Below are positions 55,051 to 64,000 of a DNA stretch of 64,000 nucleotides, one piece after another. The notes under the pieces were generated by a model, which did not search any database, was not told the origin of the DNA, and saw only the letters and a program-made list of their open reading frames with translations. The DNA is from Camelus dromedarius (lineage: Eukaryota), in assembly GCF_036321535.1 (NCBI RefSeq), contig NC_087437.1, forward strand, positions 1,798,001 to 1,862,000. The letters run 5' to 3'. The translations under genes and the position numbers were made by a program. Numbering within the stretch: the stretch's first letter is position 1; every line of letters starts with the position of its first letter.

Positions 55051-55619
55051 AGTACCTATACAAATATTTATACCAAAAGCCAAAAACTCTCCTCTGATTG
55101 CAAAACTCATATCTAAACACCATCTTAACAGCTCTGTCTGGATGCCTCAAAGGTACCTCCCATTAATACATTCAAAACCAAAATCACAATTATACCGCCC
55201 AAACTGAGGTGGTCTAACATCAGTGAATGACTGCCCTAATCAATCCATCATGCAAGTCAGAAACCTAGACATCGCCTTAGACATATTCTCACTCACCCTC
55301 AATATCCAACCGAGTTCTGTCCCTGTGTGCCTACTTCTGCCCTCTCTATCTCCAACACTACCACCCTGGCCCAAGCTACTTCTTCCTCTAAACCCACTGC
55401 TGATACAGTCGAACTCGTCTACAGTCATTCGTTCTGGTTTCTTCCAAACTATTTGAAATTTTGCAACCAAAATGCTTCTTTCTTCTCAAGATTATGCTTT
55501 TAAAATACAAACCTGACCATTCTACAAATTTCACAAGCAATAGGAATTCAAAGACTGGTGATAGCCGAGTTTCAGACACAAAGAGAAAGGCGATCTCAGT
55601 GAGAATCAAGTAGGACATT

Positions 55620-55623
<4 letters not shown>

Positions 55624-55680
<57 letters not shown>
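55624..55680. repeat. (AG)n microsatellite, about 28 units, inside an MLT1-like LTR (~55520-55952)
   Basis: Perfect run; the MLT1-type terminus 'ggctgagtttctagtttgcaatcaagagagtcttatctaaga' follows. Confidence 0.95.
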
Positions 55681-55682
<2 letters not shown>

Positions 55683-56527
55683 CCATCCAGATGTAAAACA
55701 AAGAAGAAGGAGGAGGAGGAATAGGACCTGAGCATAGAAATGGAAGCAAACAGATGATGACAAAGAGGACAGCACCTGAGGGGTTCCCAACACTTGGCTC
55801 TCATTATTTCTGACCTGGGGCTGACTCCTTAGTTTGCCGAGTTTCAAGGTATTATTCTTGTGTGATATCCCAAGATGTTGCCAATGAAATCCCCTTTTTC
55901 TTAAGCAGCTTAGGCTGAGTTTCTAGTTTGCAATCAAGAGAGTCTTATCTAAGAAAGAAAAAACCCTCAGAAGAGCCAAGACATCACACTTAGAAAAAGG
56001 GGACATGCCTACAAGGTGAAAAATAAAACAAATTCCTCATAAAGTAAAAACACCTTTGGCCAGAAACTATATAAATATGTTCAATGTTTGTAAACTCGTG
56101 TGTCTCCTCCTTTTAAAGGTGTTACATAAAATGCTGGAGGGTAAGAGCCATGTTTTCTTTTATGTTCTGCAAGTCATCACAGCTATAGTAGAGCTAAATG
56201 CTAAATTTAAAAAAATTAGTAGTAAAAGCATGACTGTACAAAAACATAAATCACAAAGTTGCATCCTTGGAAACCCACTCCCTCTGGGAACAGTTTATTC
56301 ATGCACTCGTGTAAATAAAATGTCATTTTTCTAGTAATACTTTACCACTACTCTATTTCCTGGTTGTGATTTGCATTGTAAGGTATTATAAGCTCATCCT
56401 GCTCATAGCTAAGAATTTTATATATTGCACAAGTACTCTGAAAAGCACTATACCATGGAAGGGAAAAAAAACAGCTATGGAAACTAGGGATTACATCGTA
56501 TATAAACACCTTTTCTGTTGCCATCTG

Positions 56528-56636
56528 TGATGGATGGATGGATGGATGGATGGATGGATGGAAGAGTGAGTGGGTGGATGGATGTATGGGTGGATGGATG
56601 TAAGGGTGAGTGGATGGATGGGTGGGTGGATGGGTG
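56528..56636. repeat. (GGAT)n-based compound tetranucleotide repeat
   Basis: About 8 perfect GGAT units followed by degenerate GGGT/GGAT units. Confidence 0.93.
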
Positions 56637-57515
56637 GTTCTAAAGACAGATAGACATTAAAAAAGGATTGGGAAAAATGCAGCAAAATGTTAATGCTGGT
56701 CATAGGTGACTTTTTCATTAAAAATTCTAAGAATTCTAGGCTGAATACGTTTCACATTAAATTAAATAACAAATAAACTCAACCAAGTTATGTTTTAATG
56801 TGGAGGTGGTATTAGCAGCCCTCGCCTATGACATGAGGCATGAACAGCATTTGTCCAACTCACACTGGGAGACGCTGGGAATTTTCAGTCATGCTGCATC
56901 TTGCTACAGCTGCATCCTTTCTCTTTCCTCTCCGTTCTTTTCCTCTCAAAAACCATCACAACTGAGTCAGCCTCCCGGACCAGTTGGCATCATTCTGGGA
57001 CCAACAGTGGCACCAAAGAACATTTGGTGGAAGGACCAAGAATCACAAAATTTGAGAGCTGGAAGGGGCCTCAGAAACCATCTCATCCAAGACAGTTACT
57101 CTCCGTTATCAGCTAGAAGAGCAAGAAGTGAGCGACGGAACATCCTGCTTTACCATAATCAGCCATTATGAGCCTCTCAACCATGAGGTTGTCTGAATCA
57201 TTTTCAAAGCTGTTTGTGTTTTCAGGTGTACTGTTTCCATAAATCTGCTACCCGCTGTGGGAAGCAAGGATGGGGAGGACGTGGTTTAACAGCAACACAC
57301 AAAAGAGAAGGATCCTGGCTACTCTCAGGCTGCCTGTGAGCTCTGCAGGGGGTCGGCTCCATGTGCTGGTGGTCCTGGGCTGCTGTGGGGTCAACACAGT
57401 GTGCAGAGAGCAGGATGAGCTGGCCGGCTCAGGGCCAGCCTGGCCATGGTTGAAGCAATGTGTTCAGTTCCTGGTGGTGCAGATGGAGCTGAGGCTGCTG
57501 TGAGCCACGTGGTAC

Positions 57516-57691
57516 CTGGGGATGACCGGGTTGCACTCTCTGGGATCCAGTGGGTTGATGTCACAGTTCTCGTAGTCAAAGGTTCCGTTCCATAAGTACT
57601 TTGCCAGCTGAAATGCTATCTTCCGTTGTGCGAGTGTGACTTCTCTTCTGTGCCAGATGTAAACTTCTCTCCCCAAATCAAACACCAGTAC
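57516..57691 (-). pseudogene. SVIL: Isolated, unprocessed copy of one supervillin coding exon (gelsolin-like repeat region)
   Basis: 176-nt exon with ttttcccag|GTA acceptor and CAG|gtacca donor. It encodes [59 protein letters not shown] versus recalled human [63 protein letters not shown]. No other SVIL exon was seen in the window. Confidence 0.88.
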
Positions 57692-58034
57692 CTGGGAAAA
57701 GGGCCCTGGAACATCTGTTAACATCCAGGATAGGCTCCAGTGGAATTAGAGTCCCTAGGGACAGGGAGTCGAGTGGGTGATGGCGCCAATACTAAGGGAG
57801 CATTTAATACCAAAACAGAAAGTTCTGGCTGCCTGGCACTGCCCACCAAGCCAGCCTCTGCCCTGTGGTGTGATTTCTGTCTTGTTGTCCTAAATGCCCA
57901 AGTTAATGTCGCCCCCTTTGAACACTCAAGCCACCTCAGAATTCAGACTCATAAGAGTTATTTAAGCACATCTTCCTCCTTCCCCTCCCTCCCATCCCTC
58001 CTTCCTTCTTTTCTCTCTCTCTTCCTCTCTCCTT

Positions 58035-59150
58035 TGTCATTCATTCACTTAGCTTATAAGGCCACTTCATATGGCCTCAAGGACCGCGTGATGCCTTCTC
58101 TTTCCAATTCCAAGTCCATACTGGACACACTGAGTAGGCCAGCTCTTCTCCAGCTGGCTGTGCCTGTCTAGGTTGTCCTCCTCTGAGGATCTTACCCATC
58201 ATTGGCTAGCCAGCCATACATGCTGGACACACTGAGTAGGCCATCTGTGGTCCAGCCAGCTGTGCCTGTCTTAGGTTGTCCTCCTCTGAGGATCTTACCC
58301 ATCATTGGCTATCCAGCTGTCCATACTGGACACATTGAGTAGGCCATCTGTGTTCCAGCCAACTGTGCCTGTCTTAGGTTGTCCTCCTCTGAGGATCTTA
58401 CCCGTCATTGGCTATCCAGCTGTCCATACTGGACACATTGAGTAGGCCATCTGTGGTCCAACCAGCTGTGCCTGTCTTAGGTTGTCCTCCTCTGAGGATC
58501 TTACCCGTCATTGGCTATCCAGCCATGCATCCTGGACACATTGAGTAGGCCACCTGTGGTCCAGCCAGCTGTGCCTGTCTTAGGTTGTCCTCCTCTGAGG
58601 ATCTTACTCATCATTGGCTATCCAGCCATGCATACTGGACACATTGAGTAGGCCACCTGTGGTCCAACCAGCTGTGCCTGTCTTAGGTTGTCCTCCTCTG
58701 AGGATCTTACCCATCATTGGCTAGCCAGCCTTCCATACTGGACACATTGAGTAGGCCATCTGTGGTCCAGCCAGCTGTGCCTGTCTTAGGTTGTCCTCCT
58801 CTGAGGATCTTACCCATCATTGGCTAGCCAGCCATACATGCTGGACACATTGAGTAGGCCATCTGTGTTCCAGCCAACTGTGCCTGTCTTAGGTTGTCCT
58901 CCTCTGAGGATCTTACCCGTCATTGGCTAACCAGCCATCCATACTGGACACATTAATAGGCATCTCTTATCCAGCCAGCTACCTGACATTTCTCACAGCT
59001 TGTTTATCAGTTCAGCCCATGGCTTCTTCTCTACAGTCTTCAGGCAGGGCCTACAGTTTCCTGATAGCCAGTTGTTCCCTAATATCAACAACCACCCATC
59101 ACTTATACTTTTCTTGCCTTTTGCCTTTTGCCTTTATGCCTCAGGACACC
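58035..59150 (-). mobile_element. Possible ancient RTE-clade (L4-like) LINE 3' end hosting the minisatellite
   Basis: The minus strand ends '...ggccttataagctaagtgaatgaatga', and the repeat unit translates in part to KILRGGQPKT, like the RTE C-terminal R-G-G-Q/R-P-K-T motif. Family assignment is tentative. Confidence 0.35.
58116..58985. repeat. Minisatellite (VNTR-like), 103-bp unit, 8 full copies plus a partial ninth
   Basis: 'ctggacaca' recurs at 58121, 58223, 58326, 58429, 58532, 58635, 58738, 58841 and 58944 (spacing 102, then 103 seven times). Confidence 0.98.
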
Positions 59151-60599
59151 GGCTCAACTCACCTTCCAGAAATTGAACTTACCTGTCCTCCACTCTGATA
59201 CCTCAAAGAGACCTCAGCTTTGTCTCAAGACTCAGTTGTCTCTACCATCTGACATCTCTTGATCTAGCCAGGGCTAAAATTCCCAACTGTGACATTTAGA
59301 AATGGGATAAAAGTGGGAAGGATGATAAAGCTGGAGAAAGGAATTAACATTTGTTTTTCCCCCACTATGTGCCTGGCTCTGGACCTGGCCCTAACACATC
59401 AGATTTTTCAATTCTACTTCTGAAGAACACCAGGGAGGCTGGAGATGATAATTCCACTATCTGTGACTTTGGGTTAGGAAATAACTCTCCATCCAGATCC
59501 CAAGTGTTTTCATTCATGAAAAATAATCCACTTCCTTGAATTACTGATTTTCAGTTGCAGGTCTGAGAATTGATGAATATCTGTAATGAAAATTTGACCC
59601 ATCTACAACAAAATCAGAAAAATAAGGGCAACAAAACGCATTTATCCATAGGCTAAAATAGTCTATGTAAAGGGTTATCCTTTGTTCTGAGACCACAGTG
59701 GAACAATATGTTAAGATGGAGTAAAGTGATTCCTTATTGGAAAAATTGCATACAGCCAAAATTATCCTTCAAAATGTCTTATGAAGGTACAAAAATGAAG
59801 TCCAAGCCAATCACAGCCTAATTTTCCTACAGCATGGAATAGATTGCTAATCCTATGGTTGAGTGTATCTGATGAAATAATTGGGCTTCCTTTAAGTGTC
59901 ATGATGTTTTTAAAAACAAACCTCTTAAAGACCTGAATGGCACATAGCTGAGGGACATGGGACTGTAGACTCAGGGGAACAGAAGATTCACTGTACACCC
60001 AGACCTGCTAGGAGAAGGGAAGATCCACACCTTCCATGCCTTCATCAGTCCAGAGTACATGCTCAGTAAGTGGAACCAAAACAGCTGACAGACTGTCCCA
60101 CACTCTTTAAGGTGTGTACTTTTGAATGTATATGGTTGAAGAGAAGTCACAAAAGTTAAATGGCTTATGACACTTTGTCCTTCCATTGTTGTCTTTTAGT
60201 TTTTGGTGGGGGAAAAAAAAACCAAAAAAAAACCTTCCTTTCATGACATGAGGTTGAGATCAAATAAAACTTTTAGTAAAAAAGGAGTTGGAAAAATAAA
60301 ACATTGGCAGTCTTTATCAATCTCCAAACCCTTTTAAAGGATACTTGTTTGTGAAATTCAGATCTCTGAATCTGCAAGTTATAAACTTAATATCAGAATA
60401 GTAAGCAGCTGCCATAGGAAACAGAGAGGGGCGGAAAGTTGCAGCCAATATCCTAAGGTCAAACCTGGATTCCTAAAGAAACGATCCATCTAAAGACTTT
60501 TTTTCCAAAAGTGCTGAATTTAAACACCATTACTTTTAACCTATTTTTCTAACTTTCCATGGTTCCTTCTCATAGCATAGTTGAAAATTTAGCAAAAGA

Positions 60600-61632
60600 A
60601 TAGATTTACCGTGTCAAAATCTAGTTCTCACCCCACTCAGATAAACCTACTCCACTCCACCTCAAACTCCACATCTAGCCCCTCAGCCAAAACCTCAGAG
60701 TCATTCTTGTATGTTCCTTCTCCTTCACCCACTTCCAATCCAACAGAGAATCTTGCCCATTCTCTCCTTAAACTGGATCCAGATTCCAACACCTGCTCAC
60801 CACCTCCAACCCACCAGGGACTGTGCAGATTATCACAACAGCTTCCTCACTGGCCTTGCTGGTTCAACCCTCATCTACTGTCAGCACAGCAGCCTCAGCA
60901 CTTCTACTAATGCTTAAGTCAGATCAACATTTATCTGCTCAAAACCTAAAAGTGGCTCCACATCATTCAGAATCCCATGTTCTTACTCTGGCCAACAAGA
61001 GTGACTTGACCCATGTATCTCACTTATTTCTCTGACCTCATCTCTTGCTGTTACTGTTTCATGAACTTGGGACAGTGTCTGGCAGAAGGCAGCTGTTAGA
61101 CAACGGGTATCGGGCTCTGTTATCACTAGCGTTATTTCCATTACTGCTACTGCTACTCCCAGCACTGTTTTGTCACCCACCACTTGCTCCCCTCCGGCCA
61201 CACCACCTTTCTTGCTGCCCCCAAACACACAAAGTGGAGTTCTGCCTTTACACTCTGCACTTACTGTTCCCCTTGACAAGAACACCCTTTTTCCCAGATA
61301 TCATCCAGACCTTTCCAGGCTATCTGCAGGACTTCCTCACTCACCACCTTCAGCTCAAATACTTACTCAGTACGTCCTTCTCTGACCACTCTATTTTAAA
61401 ATTGCAACTGCTTCCTCTAACCATGACACCCCATCCCCTTTCCTTGTTTAATTGTTTTCCTTACAGCAACTACCACCTTCTAGTATAATATATAATATCT
61501 ATTTTTTTGTTGTTTATACTTTGTCTCTATATATTTTAACATAAGTTCCAAGAGGGTAGTGATTTTGTACATTTTGTTTACTTCTGTATACTGGCTAGTA
61601 GATAATAAATATTTGTTGAACAAATAACATTC
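60600..61632 (+). mobile_element. L2 LINE 3' region
   Basis: C-rich L2 body ('cagcttcctcactggcctt', 'ccttctctgaccactctattttaaaattgcaac') ending 'aataaatatttgttgaac'. Confidence 0.75.
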
Positions 61633-61639
61633 AATTATT

Positions 61640-64000
61640 ATATTCAGATCATCAAAAACCACTAAGAATTTACTGAATTTAATATCCATTCATGATATTT
61701 TTAAAACTCCTTAGAAAACTAGAAATATTACAGTATTCTCTCAATCAGACAAAGGTAGCTTTAAAAAAATTCTACAGGTAAGGTAACATTTAATAGTGAA
61801 ATATTACATTCCTTCCCCCAAGGCTAAGAATTTAACAAGGATATCCACACTCTCACCATTTCTATTCAATATGGCACTGGAGGTCTGAGCTAATGAAAAA
61901 AGGCAAAAAGAAAAAAAGGCATTAATATTATCAAAGATGAAGTTAAACTGTTTTATTCAAAGATGATGACTGTCTGTAGAAAATCCAAAGGAATCTATAA
62001 AATGTTAGGACTAGTGAGTGAATTTAACAGTATCACACTGTATAAAGTTAACACCCCAAAATTCAGTTTACTTTTAAAGACTAACAAACACTTGAAGTAT
62101 AAAATTTTAAAATATTTATATCCTCAAAAAATTAAACACAGGATTACCATATGATTCAGTAATTCCACCTCTCATATGTAAACAAAAGGATTGGAAATAC
62201 AGACTTGAACAGGTATCTGTACACCAATCATCATGGCAGCATTATTCATAATAAAAGATGAAAATAATGTCCATCTATACATGACTGGATAAGCAAAATG
62301 TGGTATTATATATAGTAGAGTGTTATTATACATTATACAGTCTGAGAAAGGAATGAAATTATGACATGTGCTACAACATGGACAGGTGTTAAAGGCACTG
62401 TGCTAAGTGAAATAAAGCAGAAGGACAAATATTGTATGATTCCATGTATATGAGGTGCCTAAAACAGTCAAATCATACAGACAGAAAGTACAATGGTAGT
62501 TTCCAGGGCTAAGCAAGGGAATGGAGAGCTATTATTTAATGGATACAGAGTTTCAATGTAGGATGATAAAAAAGTTCTGGAGTTGGAGAGCAGTGATGGT
62601 TGCACAACAATGTGGATGTACTTAATGCCACTGAACTATACATTCAAAAACGGTTAGAATGGTATATTTTGTATTATATATAGTATCACAATAAAAAATA
62701 TCATTTATAAAATCATCAAATGCCTAGGAATAAAATTAATAAAAGATGTGCAAATCCTCCACCCTAAAAACTACAAACATGGCTGAGAGAATTTTCCAAA
62801 GACATGCATAAATGGAGAGAATTACTACATTTATGATTAGAAAGACTCTATTATTAAGATGTCAAGTCTGCCCAAGTTGATCTATAGATTCAATGCCATC
62901 TCCCTCAAAACCCCTTGATTTTTGCCTTTGAGTTTGCATTTTCCATGGAGCTGCTTTTTCAATAAACAGGCTGATCATAAAATTTACACAAAAAGCAAAA
63001 GATCTAAAAAGCCAAAACAATGTTGAAGGAGGAGGAAGAGGAGGATGAAAAGGAGTAAGATGAAAAAGGAGAAGAATTTACACTACCATGTTTTGAAACA
63101 TACTCTAAAGCTATAGTAATTAAGAGCAAGTAGTACTGGCATAAGAATAGACAAGAAGGCCAATGGGGACAGAATAGAAAGTCCAAAAATACACCCAGAC
63201 AATATGACCATCTGATTTTCAACAAAGACACCAATGAAATTCAGCAGGGGAAAGAAAACTCTTTTCCATATAGTAAGGGAGCAACTGAGTACCTTTATTA
63301 CTCCACACTGTACACACTCCCCCCAAAACTAATTCTCAATGGACATGGATCTAATACTTAAATGTGATGGCTAAAACAATAAAGCTTTTTGGAGGAAACC
63401 CTAGAATGATGTATTTGGGAACTGTGGCAAAGATTTCTTAGCTAAGATGCAAAAAGCACTAATTATAAAGTGGAAAAAATATAATAATAGACTTCATCAA
63501 AAGGCAAAACTTTTATTCATCAGAAACACCATTAAGAGAGTGAAAAGGCAATCTATCGACTAGTAGAAAACAATCATAGTACACATATTTAACAAAGGAT
63601 CTGTATTAAAAATACATAAAGAATTACTACAAATCAACAGTAAAAAGATAATCATAAAAATAGAAGAATGAAAAATACTCAACATCATTAGTTATCAAGG
63701 GAAATAAATTAAACCACAGTGAGATATTAAGAGATCCTCCCAAAAGGGCAAAATCTAAAAGACTGGTGATGCCAAGTGTTGGTGAGGACACAGGCAAATG
63801 GGAACTTTGGTACACTGCTTGTAAAATGGCATCCCGTGTTTGGAAAACTGGTTAGCAATCGCTAACAAAACTGAACTTACCCTTAAATTAAGCAGTGTCA
63901 CTCATATGACAAAGAGAAGTTAGTCTATATGTCCACAAAAAAAAGTGTACAGAAATGTTCATAGCAGCTTTATTTGCAAACAAAAAATGGTAAGTGCACC
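61640..64000 (+). mobile_element. Old L1 ORF2 remnant with a nested L1MB-like 3' end (~62121-62698)
   Basis: 'tctattcaatatggcactggaggtctgagc' and 'gcccaagttgatctatagattcaatgccatc'; the insert has 'gtggatgtacttaatgccactgaactatacattcaaaaacggtta'. Confidence 0.8.

Noticed and set aside
57464..57724. Functional 86-aa ORF or intact SVIL gene
   Set aside because: The ORF is one exon plus read-through into intron on both sides; neighbouring SVIL exons are absent and conserved residues are altered.
58116..58985. CRISPR-like array (invariant core alternating with variable segments, small hairpin tcctc-ctct-gagga)
   Set aside because: The 'spacers' are near-identical to each other, there are no cas genes, and the context is mammalian; it is a tandem minisatellite.
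61..63815. Remaining 60-155 aa ORFs in the track (e.g. 27703-28041, 44060-44527, 53766-54203, 61045-61488)
   Set aside because: No recognisable domains; many use non-ATG starts, overlap repeats or microsatellites, and have lengths expected by chance.

Overview
AT-rich, transposon-dense mammalian DNA, very probably camelid (two tRNA-Ala-headed SINEs of the Vic-1 type). It reads as deep intronic sequence of a large gene that is probably on the minus strand: most L1s are on +, and a few non-coding exon-like segments are on -. I could not identify the host gene. No intact protein-coding gene, RNA gene or CRISPR array is present, and nearly all of the ORF track is noise or decayed L1/Tigger1 sequence. 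Best-supported features: a young 5'-truncated L1 with a perfect 17-bp TSD (5685-7888); a nested MER58/Tigger1/SINE/L1 stack (24.2-26.5 kb); an isolated, diverged copy of one supervillin (SVIL) coding exon with both splice sites and flanking intron (57516-57691, -); and, about 0.4 kb away, an 8.4-copy 103-bp minisatellite whose units each carry a CCAAT box and a splice donor facing that exon. Also seen: a ~125-bp dispersed duplication of a splice-acceptor segment (8.4 and 10.3 kb) and two tracts where old repeats are strongly shifted AT->GC (possible fossil recombination hotspots). I found no convincing new biological system; the SVIL orphan exon plus minisatellite is the best lead. Repeat family names and consensus comparisons are from memory, and old-repeat boundaries are approximate.
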